A stretch of 64,000 nt of DNA. Origin: Podarcis tiliguerta (taxonomy: Eukaryota). A program made the translations under genes and the position numbers. How positions within the stretch are numbered: position 1 is the first letter of the stretch; every line of letters begins with the position of its first letter. The stretch lies in NCBI GenBank assembly GCA_965153285.1, contig OZ229122.1. One strand, written 5' to 3'. The notes under the pieces are model-generated. The model did no database searches and was not told the DNA's origin. It worked only from the letters and a program-made list of their open reading frames with translations. Below, one piece after another: positions 1 through 12,831 of this stretch.

Positions 1-2365
1 GTGTTCTCCATGTACGTATGTTGGAGGAGCTGTGTTTTATAGAGTGTGCTGGCATTTTATTTCCTGCTTTCTTTGTTGCATTCCTTGAACAGTCAGGCAG
101 GGGACTTCAGCATGGTGGTAGGCACAACGAGGGGAGATTTAGGAGGGAGCAAAGAGGCCTTGAAAGCAAATTATCTTTTGTGAAACGGTATCATGAATAG
201 GAGAGATGAAAATGGAAGAATTAAGGCTGGTTCGCATGATACTTCTTTCTGCCAGGATATCATGTGAATCCTGCCTATGCATTTCTTACACGGGACTTAC
301 CTACACATCTGTTTTGCTACATGTAGAATGAAATAGATAGGGGAAGATATCACCCTAGTCTCTCACTCTAGACTCTTAATGGGCAGAGCCAAGGTGGATA
401 GTACTTCCTCAGGCTGCCCACAGCTGTGACCCATTCAGCTGTCCTCTCCACAACCCAGTTTCAGGTGCATCAAGTTTGTTGAGTTTTCTAGGAGGTCCAA
501 AGGATGGGGAACGGGGGATCCCTCCACTCACTGCTCTTTCTTCACTCTCTGTCCTCTCCTCCTTGAAGTATTGTAACACTGGATTGGATGGGGAACCTGT
601 GGCCCTTCAGATGCTGTTGGACTCTCATCAGCCCAAGTCAGCATGGTCAATGGGCATGGATGATGAGAGTTGTCATCCAATATCATCGGGAGAGGTCACA
701 AGTTCAACATCCCTGCTATAGATCAGAGAAGGAATTGGAAGACCAGGGGAGCATATTTCAGCACGCTCCCACCTTATTACCCTGTTGCCGAAAGCTTGTG
801 CTTTTTACAATTTCAGGGATATTTTAGGAGCCCCTTTGTATTCTGAATAGCAAATCAGTCTGCCTGTGCTGCTGGACTGTGGTCTGTTCTCATGGCCAGT
901 TGCTTGGTCTGATATGTGTGTCTTCGGATTCTCATGCCCCTCATTTGCAGGAGCCCCTTGCATGCATGTTGAAAGGTGATGTCTTATTTTAAAGCTACAT
1001 CTGCTTCTTTTCTCCGAGTGTTTTCTTTACCGTATGGGCTGTGTCAAGGTGGAAATGATTTTGACTGTTTTGTCATGTTAATGCTGCCTCTGAGGGTGTA
1101 GCATCAACATCCTTCCTGAGCTATATCATGAGCGCTTGCGCAAGTTAAGTTTCCATTAAGTCTCAGCCAGCAAGTTAGAGGGGGAAATGATTAAGTCGTG
1201 AATTCCGGCTAAAAAGATGAAGAGCTAAAAAGATGTTTTAGAGGAAACAATTCATAAAAGAAATTAAATAATAAACAAATGCGTACAAATGTTCTAAGTC
1301 ATGCATGCTTTGTTTGAAATAAAGCATGCTGGGGGGAAAGGGTGTCAAAAGTCCCTTTTGTGGGGTTCACCCAAGGTGCATAAGTAGCAAGTTATTTGCA
1401 TTTGGGGGATATAAAATTATCTTGTTCCTCTTCAGATCTTTCTGCAAGGTCAATCTGGTCAAATAAATTGGGGCTGTGTATGTTCTGTACAAGCACAGTA
1501 CTTGGTATAAGACAAGATTATGCTGTAACTTCAGAACCGGGCTTCTTGAACATATTGAAATAAAAAGAAATAATAAAAGCCCTTTTCTAGCCATTATGGC
1601 AGAGTATTCTTGGAAGTGTGTGGGCGAACCCTGCTGAAATCTCGGAAGCCAGTGAGGATTGCTAATGAGATTTCTATTATTTGTCACTGGGTCCTCCATG
1701 TTCTTTGCCACGTACAGCTAGCAAAAGCAGAATAAATTGGACAGAGCAATCACATTTCATAATAAATCATTCATAATAGAATATTATGATGATTTGCCTA
1801 AGTTCTGATTCAGCTTGCAGAATTCTGGTTCAAATGTTTAGGCCCTGGTGTTGGGTATAAGCACCCTAAAATCCACATATTTCTTAAAGCAATCTTAAAT
1901 CTTTTTTATTACTTTAAACTTTTGTATGTTTTAAAGTAGGGTTTAAATTTTTCTTGATTTTACTGTTTCATCTTTCGCAAACCACTTTGAGGTTTCTTTT
2001 TCCAATCAAGCAGTGTATACATTTTAGTAAGTAAGTAAGTAAGTCAAGCAAAGGTTTAGACCCCTCTGGTCGTGAAACTAGGCAGGAAAAATACATAGGA
2101 AATACCTGCTGAAATCACAGAAAATGGAATAGAAGCTGGGAGGCTTCCCAGGACTGAGCTTCAGTGCCTTACATAACTCTTGCTATTCCCTGTTAGTAAC
2201 AGAAGCAGAATAAATTACAAGTAGGTAAGCACTTTAGTTTGCTTAATCATAACCAATGACACCTAACTTTGTTTAGTGTAGAATATGGTTTAATTTATGG
2301 CAGAATTTTGATATTTTGTTATCTTCTCCCTAAGGTTCACAGTATACATAGCCCTGTGTATATAG

Positions 2366-2493
2366 CAGTGTTTCCCAAACTTGAGTCTCCAGTTGGACTA
2401 CAACTCCCATCATCCACGACCACTGGTCCTGCTAGCTAGGGTGATGGGAACTGTAGTCCAACAAGAGCTGGAACCCCAAGTTTGAGGAAGCTG
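2366..2493. mobile_element. hAT-type MITE (gactacaactcccatc family)
   Basis: Palindromic body, CAG...CTG ends, near-perfect 8-bp TSD gtatatag/gtatatat. Related copies at about 581-716, 34550-34686, 44850-44980, 46520-46640, 47305-47366 and 51429-51520. Confidence 0.8.
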
Positions 2494-2977
2494 GTATATA
2501 TTATCCAGTTCTTGGCCAGACAATCTCTTGCCTTTCTTCCAACTTCTATGTACATGTTTGCTTCTCTCTATTGAGCCTGGAGCATCTTTGCTGAGGCTGA
2601 TAGCATACACTAGAGTACAGAGCAGCTGCATAGTGGTTGCATGGTGGCATTTAAAGGGGGGGACTCCTTTTTCAAAAGTCTGTAGAGGCTTGAATGAGGG
2701 ATTGCCCGTTTCCCAACATATTTCTTTGGAGCTTAACTTGCAGTTTTTATGTCCAGCTTGGAAGGTCTGTGTTTCGCAAGCATCATGTCGCTCTCCCTCT
2801 GTGGGCTTTGTGGAGATGCCTTGCTCACCTTTTCTTCACATCCACCTAGAGCCTTCTCTTCTTTCATTTTTTCCTCCTTTGGTATTTCTTTGCTTCTCTC
2901 CATCCATCTCCTGGTTCCTCATCCCCCTGCATGCCACTAACTAGTTTCATTAGATGTTAATTGATTTGTGAATTCAG

Positions 2978-3081
2978 GCTGAATTGCATCATCAGCAGAT
3001 GGCGGATCCCGACCTGTTGGAGGAGTCTTCGTCTCTGCTGGAGCCGAGTGAACTGGGAAGAGGAACCCCGCTACGATTAGG
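2978..3081 (+). CDS. ATP6V0A1: ATP6V0A1 coding exon (AELHHQQMADPDLLEESSSLLEPSELGRGTPLRLG); alternative shorter form starts at 2999
   Basis: ttcag| acceptor at 2976-2977, second cag| at 2996-2998, donor |gtaagt at 3082; the translation matches the vertebrate V-ATPase a1 N-terminal domain. Earlier exons lie outside the window. Confidence 0.95.
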
Positions 3082-4314
3082 GTAAGTGCAACTTTCACTT
3101 TTCAGCAGCGTCGGTTGTGTTCTATAGGATCTCTTCTGCACGTCAGGCATGATTGGTTAAGGCCGTAGGACTTGGGTTTGTATTCTTCCGTACTATTCTT
3201 GATTCCTTGGAGGAGAGCAAGCTATTTCTTGGTGTTAATATTATTTAGCGGAATCTGAATTAAGTTGCTCAGTACTAGATCTGATTGAACAGGATGCATC
3301 TCGTGCCAGATTGTTGACAGAAAAGCAGTTAACTGACAGCAGTTCCACTTTTGTGTTTTTGGAAATGTAAAGAACCGAATAAATATTGGCCCCAGGCTGG
3401 GCAGATAATATAGAATTTCTGTAGCTTATCAGTTTTCACTCTCCACTCTATCTCCTTGTAGTGCTGCTTTGATATTTAGATAGCCTTGACAGCTGCTATG
3501 GATGCCTTTTATGTGCACCAACAATTGATAAGCAGAGTTCTAGATTTACACAGTAGTGGATTTTGTTCAGATTCTGAAAGGCTGACATGGAAATATTTTC
3601 AGTTAAAGATCTACTGAATTTGTCCTTATATTAGCATACAAAATTCAGGCAAAATGACAATCCTGTGTGTTTTTCTGTCTGCATGAATTTTGTTCAGCTT
3701 CCATTCTCATGTTTGATTTCATGTAGTATTGTACTTGATATTCACTTGCTTTATTTTCTGTGGTGCAGCTTAGTTTTTTTTATATAATTGCTGAAGAACG
3801 AATTGTGTTATATGGACCATTTTAACAAATAGTGTCCTGCAGCAAATTTCCAGCCCCTTGAGAATGTAGCTTTTTATTTCTTATTTCTATAACATTTGCT
3901 AATTTTTGCCTTAATTCAGATGTTAATGCCAATCACGCTTTGAACTAACTATCTAGAACCCATAATGGTTTGAGGTTCCGAACATACAGCAGGTATACTA
4001 TGTGGTGTGTAGAGTGCTTGGCTGCTTTTGTTTTTCCTTTGTCTCAACACTCAGTGCCATAAGATTATGCCTCTCTCCTTGGTGTAGCAGTCTTTGGGAG
4101 TAGACTGTAACCTATAGCTGGTCAATTCAGACACCACATCGCAAATCATGATTCGCAAATCCACCTCAAAGCACGGTTCCCCATCCTGCTTTGCTGGTCA
4201 ATTGTGAAACAAGGGTTACCAGTTTATATGTCATGCCAAACCATAGTTCTGCTTCCTTAGCCACAGTGTGTCAAGCCTTTCTATAGGCACAGCACAAAAG
4301 AGCTAAAGTGGCTT

Positions 4315-4430
4315 AATAATAATAATAATAATAATAATAATGCTCCCAACAGAATATTAAAAATAGAATCAAGCATTAAAAACTTCCCTAAACAGGGCTG
4401 CCTTCAGATGTTTTCTAAAAGTCAGGTAGT
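4315..4430 (-). mobile_element. Truncated LINE (L2/CR1-group) 3' end with (AAT)n tail
   Basis: (aat)n tract followed by aaaacttccctaaacagggctgccttcagatg, which resembles a common lizard LINE 3' end as recalled. Confidence 0.5.
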
Positions 4431-4669
4431 TCTTAATGCTGGAAGAAACAGAGTTTGAATCCTACCACCTTCTTTTTTTTTACTAAAATTGCATAGACAG
4501 TGGCTTGTTTCCCTTTCACATTCACCAAACCGTTCATGTTGGGTCCCTCTCTTGCTTTCTGTTGCCTTTACAGTATCTGTCTGTGTTTCTTCCAGGCCCT
4601 GCACTGAACAGAACATTGCTGAATGCGTACTAATTTCTTTTATTTTTGTGTGACTTCCATTGTGTTCAG

Positions 4670-4796
4670 ATTTGTGGCTGGTGTGATCAATCGTGAGCGG
4701 ATCCCTACCTTTGAGCGGATGCTGTGGAGGGTGTGTCGTGGAAATGTCTTCTTGCGTCAGGCTGAAATTGAAAATCCGCTGGAGGACCCTGTGACG
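4670..4796 (+). CDS. ATP6V0A1: ATP6V0A1 exon ([42 protein letters not shown])
   Basis: ttcag| ... |gtataa; phase 2 start fits the previous exon; hallmark a-subunit motif [12 protein letters not shown]. Confidence 0.97.
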
Positions 4797-5444
4797 GTAT
4801 AAGGGCTGCTTTTGCAGCTGTGGGCTGTCGAGATGAAAGCTTGCAGCCTAACTTCTTACAGTGTGTTCTTCTTAACAAAAGCTTGACTTCTGTTGTGGAT
4901 CAGGGGGAAATCATATTTTAATTGGATCTGAAATACAACTTCCTGCTTGCTTTGAAGCCATTTGATAATGCCCTCATTATGTGGAGGTGTAAGATCGTGA
5001 AATTTTTAAAGTGGTCTTCTCTTTTGACAGCTTAACAATTCACTTATAGAAGTTACCTTTTATCTCAGTACCCTCAAATACATCCTCAAAAGAGTTTTAA
5101 GTCAATATCCTTGAAAAGATATTCTCAGTTGAAGTTTTGGCTATTTATGGTTTTAGTCTACTAAAGAAGAACATTAAGCTAGATGAATGAGCTCAAAAAC
5201 CAAATGCTCTCTAAATATTGGATGGACTTGATTTAAGTACATGTTTGCATATTCTAATGTAGGTGTGCTGTAATAATTAAATTTGTCACATGTTTTAAAA
5301 TGTAAACAAAACGGATCCTGAAACACACTGTTAAATGACACACATGGACCTGCTTTTGTTAACTTAAACAACTAACGGTATCAACAGCGTTAGTGGTGAG
5401 GGCAAATAATGGTACCCAGCCAGATGGTGGAGTAGAAATAAAAA

Positions 5445-5445
<1 letters not shown>

Positions 5446-5480
<35 letters not shown>
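5446..5480. repeat. (ATT)n microsatellite
   Basis: Direct inspection. Confidence 0.9.
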
Positions 5481-5482
<2 letters not shown>

Positions 5483-6615
5483 AGGTAGTAAGTAGTATGG
5501 AGCTTGAATAATGCCAGCTACTCTAGAGTTTGGGCTCAGGGGTTACCCTAAGTCTTGGGAAATGCTTCCAGGCAGGCTTGACTCTTGGGTGTCTTGTTTG
5601 AGAAACCAAATACCAGTTATAATGAAGGTGAAATTATGATTTGTGAAAAGTTCAGATGGGTGCGTGAGAGGCAGAAAAGAGGTCTCTCTTCCCCCCACAA
5701 GACAGTTTGAAGCCCCTAGTCAAGGTTTATTTTGTCCCTACCACCTGTCTACTAATGTCCAAGATAAGCAAATCTTTTCATTTTTCCTTCATTTGCATGT
5801 CTGTATATGCTGCAGAAACCAGCTGTTTGTGGGGTGGGATATATATTTTTAAAGCACAGTCCCAGCTTAGGATTCAGAATGTCTTTGTCTTAGAGAAGGC
5901 AGTCGGAATCATAGCAATCAGCTGCCTTCATCCTTAGCAGAGGAAAGTGTAATGGACAACAAGGTTGCACCCACCCAATGCCCCTATTCTCATCAAGGCT
6001 GCACAAAAGTTTCCTAATGGAGGTAGCCCGGTGTCTTGTTCTTGAACAAATGCAGGAAGGGGGGGGGAGTCGCTATCTGAGCCCAGCCAGCTGCCTGAAG
6101 AATGCACTGCTGGCCTCCCCGGAGAGTTCAAGGGTTTGGACTCTAAAGTCCACCGCATACATCAGTTCCTTTCCATTCACTCCTTTTCCTTCTGCTTGTT
6201 TACTGCAGATCACGTCCTTGTTCAGCTGCTAGGCTTATCTGCCTGGGTTCTCTGGTTACATTGCAGTTCCTCTTTATACCAGCCAAACTTAATTAGATAG
6301 GGTTATTAATCTCTGCTTCTCCTCCTCCCCTGCCCCCCTCAATTATTTTGCAAAAGCACAATGAGTTTACTTAGTAGCCTCTTCCTGGAACACGTATGAG
6401 AACCTTGCAGGGTCTGAGGTGGAAAAGGATACATTTTGAAAGGCTCCCTAATGCTACAGATGTTGGCAGGCTGCTGGGTGTGTGTGCGTGTGTAGTTGAG
6501 ACCCAGGAAATGGCTCCATATTAGTGTTAAAGGTTTTGAAGGCCTAACCCCAGAAGCTTATTCCGCTGTTTTTTGAAGGCTTCTCTCTGCATTGGCTTCC
6601 CCCTCTCTCTTCTAG

Positions 6616-6698
6616 GGGGACTATGTGCACAAGTCGGTGTTCATTATTTTCTTCCAAGGTGACCAGCTGAAAAACCGAGTCAAGAAGATCTGTGAAGG
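6616..6698 (+). CDS. ATP6V0A1: ATP6V0A1 exon (GDYVHKSVFIIFFQGDQLKNRVKKICEG)
   Basis: tctag| ... |gtaagc; frame continuous; a1 sequence. Confidence 0.97.
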
Positions 6699-6842
6699 GT
6701 AAGCAAGTTGGAAATACGGGAGGTTCTTGGAGTTCAAGCAGCTCATTCGAAATTCATGTAGAGCTGGCTTTCAAGTGGTGAGCACTCCATCATATTAGCT
6801 GTGTTGTCACTTTGTCACTGAAGCAGACTGTGTGCCTTTCAG

Positions 6843-6936
6843 ATTCCGGGCTTCTCTCTACCCCTGTCCAGAAACTCCACAGGAAAGGAAGGAAATGGCT
6901 GCTGGAGTCAACACCAGGATCGATGACCTTCAGATG
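6843..6936 (+). CDS. ATP6V0A1: ATP6V0A1 exon (FRASLYPCPETPQERKEMAAGVNTRIDDLQM)
   Basis: ttcag| ... |gtatga; frame continuous. Confidence 0.97.
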
Positions 6937-7209
6937 GTATGAATGATGCAGGGGTGGGGAATGATCAGGTTTTTTCCCCCTTGGTGCTCCTCCTGAGCTC
7001 TGAATTGTTCTCTGTTGTGGTTGGTTTGCTACCCTCAGGGAAGTTTATCTTCAATTATATACTCGAATAGGGGGTGTGGTGTTCATTGATCTAAGTGGAC
7101 AGATAATTTGGCTGTGAAAGCTAACTGCCAGGTGTCCCTCGAATCAGGTGTTGGTTCTGGTCCAAACCCACTCCCTCCTAAGGCTATAACTATTTTCTTA
7201 ATGAAGTAT

Positions 7210-7560
7210 TTTTAGGCCATATCTCAGGGTAAACACCCTCACAAGGCTGCTTACAATGGTAAACAATAATAAAAATAGGTAAAATAAAAACAACTATTTA
7301 AGGAGTTCCAGGTAATAGTATACATGATTCAAAATAATTTCAATTTCAGCACTGTAATACCACCAACAGAAAAAAATCAAGGTGGTCTAGATGGTTTTTA
7401 AAAATCCTGCATAAAAACGTTAATACCTATCTTAGTGGGTAAAAAATGCATAGAGGTGCAGCCACTGAAAATGCTATTGTGTGCCTGCCCAACCTACTTG
7501 ATCTCAATACACAGGCAAGATCATGTGGATGAAGAAGGTCCTTTAGGTAACCTGGTCCCA
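7210..7560 (-). mobile_element. L2-like LINE 3' fragment
   Basis: Minus-strand translation GPGYLKDLLHPHDLACVLRSS...AFSVAAP resembles the L2/CR1-clade ORF2 C-terminus and is followed by a T-rich 3' UTR. Confidence 0.65.
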
Positions 7561-9083
7561 ATACTTTTCCAGTGTACCCTGTGACACCTGACTCAGCTTC
7601 CCTGAATGAGAGATCCTTTATTTCAATCTGCTTCCCTGGCTGGATATGCAACTTTGGTAGCCTTTGTAGACTATCCCCTCCTGGGAATTGGCAGGGCGAA
7701 TTTCTACTTGCTGATTCTCTTAGACCTTGGAGGTTTTTGGCACTGTAAGCTACCACATCTCATTACTTGATTTGGAGCTTCTAGTGGGCGTTCAATGCCA
7801 GCCTTGAGTTGCTTTTGGTTTCTCTGGATGGTTTCAGAAAGTAACCTTCGAAGAATGCCAAGCCATCTGCTTACTGGGTATTTTGCATTGCTATTAACTC
7901 GGCTGGCTAGCTTCTTGGCCCAATTCAAGGAGCTAACTTAACCTGAGATATCCTAGTCTTGCGGAGCCCCTCTTCTGCCTCGACATATTTTTCTTTAGCA
8001 AAGGCCCTACTGAAGATCCTGACATAGTACGTACTGGCATAGTACGTTGGGCTCACCATTGCCCTGAGGCAATGGGCTGCACTTCTTGTGGAGGTAACAA
8101 ATGCAGCTCTGTTTAGCCCCCTGTAAAGCACTAATTGTGGTCATTTGTTGGTTTTTGGGTACTGTCAGAAGTTGGCCTTGCTATAGCTTCCAGAGTGGTT
8201 ATATTGTTTTAGTCTTTTTAATAGACTTATTCTGTCTATATAGTCATTTTCAGATGTAAAGTTTTGAAGCAATCTGGTCTTTTACACAAGAAATCTGCCA
8301 AAGTTGAGAAACTCCCCACGCAGTCTCTCCCCCCCCGCCCATGCTGCATTTTTCCTACCAAATGCCAGCAGAGGTGGGGCAGGGGTGAACATTCTCTTAC
8401 TGGGAATGCAAGCAATTTGTTCTTTTGGCATACTCGGCAGGGATGCTGTGGGATACGTAGCATATGTAACTGCAACAACAGGGTTGGAATTGCAGAGCTT
8501 GTGAGCAGGGGTGGTCCTGTCCACCCCCGTTTTTCAGTTTTCCTCACCACTGCGTAGTTATCATACCCTCCCTCTGCCTTCAGCTAAACATCTTGTTGTT
8601 CTTGGGCTGGAAGTGATTTGTGGGATTGTACCATGGGGGCATGGACATGGTTGTCTGCTGCACAACAAAAAACATCCGGGGGTGGCGGGGGGAGGGAAGA
8701 TATAAAGTTTGTAGCCTGTATGGCTGCAAAAATAGGATCTGAAAATATGTGAAGTCTCAAGGTAGAGTGGGCTAAGTAAAATTTCCATAGATGATAGGGT
8801 AGAGAATGATAAACGCCCCATTTGAGCCTCTTCTTTCCTTGGTTAATGCAAAGCAGAACAAACATTGCACATGAAGACTATGGGTAATTGCATTTATTTT
8901 AATTGGAGCACGTAATTCCCTGTTTTCTGGATGCAAAATCTGTAGTATGCACAACCACAGTCTTTGTTCCAGGCTTACTGTATCTTCTGTTACAGCAGAA
9001 CTCTCAGAATTAGACAGTGTGGGAATGCAGTTCAGCATCTCTTGAGCCTGGCCTTATGTGACACGGTCCCTCTTTCCCTTCAG

Positions 9084-9296
9084 GTGTTGAACCAAACGGA
9101 GGATCACCGGCAGAGGGTCCTGCAGGCTGCTGCCAAGAACGTCCGTGTCTGGTTCATAAAGGTGCGCAAGATGAAGGCCATCTACCACACCTTGAACCTC
9201 TGCAACATCGATGTGACCCAGAAATGTCTCATTGCTGAAGTCTGGTGTCCCGTTGCTGACCTTGACTCCATCCAGTTCGCCCTCAGGCGGGGCACG
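9084..9296 (+). CDS. ATP6V0A1: ATP6V0A1 exon ([14 protein letters not shown]...[10 protein letters not shown]...QFALRRGT)
   Basis: ttcag| ... |gtaagt; contained in ORF 8964..9368; conserved [10 protein letters not shown] motif. Confidence 0.98.
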
Positions 9297-10211
9297 GTAA
9301 GTACAATTCATACCACTCTGGCTCTACTGCTATGCCCTGAAAACACTGCTGGTGCACACTTCCAGTGAAAGCATCTTTATAGGCAAAACATGGGGGGAAT
9401 CCCATTGGTCTTGGAAGCAAAATCTGCTGCTTTCCCCAAAAGACTCTTGGTTTTTGGATACAGGTGTCCTGAGTCTAAACAGGACTGCATAATAGCCGTG
9501 GCTAGTTTCGTGTACTGCTCTGGCCTTGACAAACATGCTTCTTCTCCAACCCTGATATTTGTATGGATATTTCAGTGGCAATCTATCTCTTTCCCTTTTT
9601 GTCTCCACCCTCTAAATGGGAGAAGAGCACAGTGCACTCATTTGAAATCTGTCTGACTTTGAAAACAAACACGGCCTTTGGCCCAGATTCCTCACTTCTT
9701 TCTGAAGGGAAGAGACTTGCCTAGAATTTTTAGCCTGTAACAAAGACACACCCACAGCTTGGATCCCCTTTCTGACTCCGTAGCATTAGGACAACTGAAT
9801 TCTTCTAGTTCTGGACTCGTTTGGATGGTGACGAGTAGATCTTTTCCACTGGGCTTTAAAAGCTCGTCTGACACGCTGTTTGTTTTCACATAATGCACAG
9901 GACATTTTAATACATGCACACCTTCCTGCCTTAAGGCACTTGACTGGGAGAGGGACTGGAATACATTAATTGATTTGCTGTTAGAGGCTCAGGAGCTAAT
10001 CCAGTGCGATCTCTCTTGCCTTCGGAAACATGCCTGATCATGTAATTTGCATCCGTCGGAAACAAAACGCAGCTGTGCAGGGAGCCTGCAGAGTGGCAAC
10101 CTACAAGAGCTTTCTAAACGATTAGGAAAAGTGTGTGGTGATAAGTTGATCTTGGTTTCTGTTCCACAACAAGCTAATCTCTCTAACCTCCAGTGTGTTT
10201 GTGTGTAACAG

Positions 10212-10362
10212 GAGCACAGCGGATCCACCGTCCCCTCCATCCTGAATAGGATGCAGACCAACCAGACGCCACCCACATACAACAAGACAAACAAGTTCAC
10301 CGCTGGGTTTCAGAACATCGTAGATGCCTATGGCATTGGAACCTATCGTGAGATCAATCCAG
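10212..10362 (+). CDS. ATP6V0A1: ATP6V0A1 exon ([50 protein letters not shown])
   Basis: aacag| ... |gtaatg; conserved PPTY and FQNIVDAYG motifs. Confidence 0.98.
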
Positions 10363-11888
10363 GTAATGGCGTCTGGCCTACTAAAAGCAGCCTTTCCTTC
10401 TAGCACCTGATAAATTGTTGAAGAAGCTTGATCTGTCTGTTCTCTCTGGCTTGTGCATCTGCATAACCTTATGTGGAGAGGAACTGATGTTGCTTGGGGT
10501 GGGGGAGGGTTGACTCTTAGCAAACACGACTGCAAGCATAGATCTCTTCACCACCACCACCCTCAGAAACTAAACAGATTTATGAACATAGTGAACCAAA
10601 TCCATATAGAACTAACGAAGCCAAGGAGGCATGCGTCTGGATGAGAGGCTGCCTCGAACCCCATGTAAGCTGCTTCTCAGCTTCCTTCAGAGGGAGAATG
10701 GGAAGTATAATGAATAATAAAAAAGACACAAAACTTTATGGCTTTTAAGGTATGCTTGTCAATCTTCTTGAGGCACATGTAGAAGGTGATTAATAAATTA
10801 ATAAATAAAATAGAAAGGGAGGTATCAGCACAAAAAATTCCCACCGTTCCCACAAAAAAATCCCACAGTTAATTAAGGGCTGAGCCTGCACAGTGGGTAC
10901 ATAATGCTGGCTGGCAGCATAGAACTGAGAATTGGAAAAGGATGTGGCTGGCTGGAACCCTGAATAGGAACACTCCACACTGCAATATTTTGTTGTAGTT
11001 CTCACTTGCCATGTCTAACATTAATTGTTAAACAACATCTCCATGAAGTTATTAAATTCTTTCTTGGGGAAATAGGCAGTTGTGCTAGTTCATACAGGAT
11101 ACGTTAGCATTTGAAAATTAATTAGGTTTGAAATAACATTGTCTTATCCCAAGCTAGTTAATTTCCCTTACTTCAGAAGCAGAATTGCTCCTTTGCTAGC
11201 TTAATGCAGCATCTCCTTCATGAAAACTAAGCAACTTCTGTAGAGCAGAAGGACAAGGGTTGGGGGGTTTTTTTGGTCAGAGAGAAAGAAGTCTCTGTTA
11301 GAGAGGGATCTGAGCACCAAGAAGGGGAAATGAGTGAGCTGATATGTCGGCTTACTTTTTAATCCAATTTAAATGAGTGTGAAGCTCATTTCCTTACACA
11401 AGGACTTCTGTGAAATATTGTAAAGCTGGATGAGTGGTGGCTTTTTTCTTCAGGGCAGCATAGGCTTGTGAAAGAGAGAACGTCTAGTCTTCCGAGTCAG
11501 TTGCGCAGAGTTCAGCAGAATGGCCAAGTAGCATCCTACAGCCCTGAGTGGTATGAAAAGAAGACGTAGTAGTAGCCTGAGCAGAACAACTTTATTAAGG
11601 CTATTTAGTTAGGTGCATTTAGCAGTCTACTACACAGTATAATATTATCCACTTTGATATATCTAAAGATATGGCTGATATTTGCCCAGATTTCAAGTAT
11701 TCATTGCATTTACCGCCTAAACAAATTGCCAGTGAGACAGTGGATTTTCAGAATGCACTAAGCCAGCTCATATAAGGAGTCCATAGGGCTAGCGGTCCAG
11801 AACTGGTCCTGGGATGGCTGCCTCTCCCAAGAGATGGGCTGCGTTGTCCATCATGCACTTACCTTCACTTGCATCCCCCCCCCCCCAG

Positions 11889-12028
11889 CTCCATACACTA
11901 TCATCACCTTCCCGTTCCTGTTTGCTGTGATGTTTGGGGATGTCGGCCACGGAATTCTCATGACGCTGTTTGGTGTGTGGATGGTGATCCGGGAGAGCCG
12001 TATCCTGTCACAGAAGAGCGACAACGAG
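11889..12028 (+). CDS. ATP6V0A1: ATP6V0A1 exon ([47 protein letters not shown]), first transmembrane helices
   Basis: cccag| ... |gtattg; within ORF 11834..12088; [16 protein letters not shown] motif. Confidence 0.98.
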
Positions 12029-12673
12029 GTATTGATGGCAAACACACACACCCACCCCAATTTGGGCAGGGTGTGGGGTTGGGAATGAAAGTGAAAGTGG
12101 AAGATCAGTCTCCAGCTCCTTGCGAAGTATTTGATTCCATCTTCAATATGAAGAATTCATTGTAATCTAGAGAATAGCAAGAATTAGCGAGGTCCTTTCC
12201 TGGCAGAGTTGCGACTTTTGCAGCCTTTAATAAGCGTCCAGAGAAAAGCTTCGCATGCTGCCTTAAGGCTAGTAAGCTTTGAGAGGTCCTAGAATTTGGT
12301 CTGGAGAATGGCAGGGGTGCAAATAAGCTTCACTTAATCTAGTCACATCTACTGGGAACTTGTTTGGCATTCAAATTTGAAGAAGGAAGCTTTGCACTTT
12401 CTGGTGTTTTTCTGCCTCCTTTCCCTGGGCAGAGCAGGCAGGCATTTTCAGTACATTCTCTGCCCTTCTGGATCAGGCCTGTGGCCTCTCAAGCCCTGGA
12501 ATAAGGTGGACAGAGATTTCCCTTGTCTTTGGTTGCAGTGTCCTTCTCTGAGGGGTGATGGCGGTGGGGCGATAGCAATGTCTTGATTATGCAACTCATA
12601 TTTTCCCCCCTCTCTCCCCACACTGTGCCTCCCCCCCCCCCATTCTCCTTCTCTTCACTTGTTTACTGGCCAG

Positions 12674-12831
12674 ATGTTCAGCACCATTTTCTGCGGCCGC
12701 TACATCATTCTCCTGATGGGTTCTTTCTCCATATATACCGGTCTGATCTATAACGACTGCTTCTCAAAGTCTCTCAATATGTTTGGCTCATCCTGGAGCG
12801 TCCGGCCAATGTTCCTGAAATCCAACTGGAC
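12674..12831 (+). CDS. ATP6V0A1: ATP6V0A1 exon ([53 protein letters not shown])
   Basis: gccag| ... |gtaagt; GRYIILLMG and [11 protein letters not shown] motifs. Confidence 0.98.

Noticed and set aside
951-975. Possible 25-nt poison exon (ttgcag|gagccc...gaaag|gtgatg)
   Set aside because: The donor and pyrimidine tract are mediocre and there is no homology support; such AG/GT pairs are frequent by chance.
9054-9311. Antisense ORFs over ATP6V0A1 and ASIC2 exons (also 14155-14451, 23658-24029, 43726-43983)
   Set aside because: These are shadow ORFs produced by codon bias of the sense exons, with no independent evidence.
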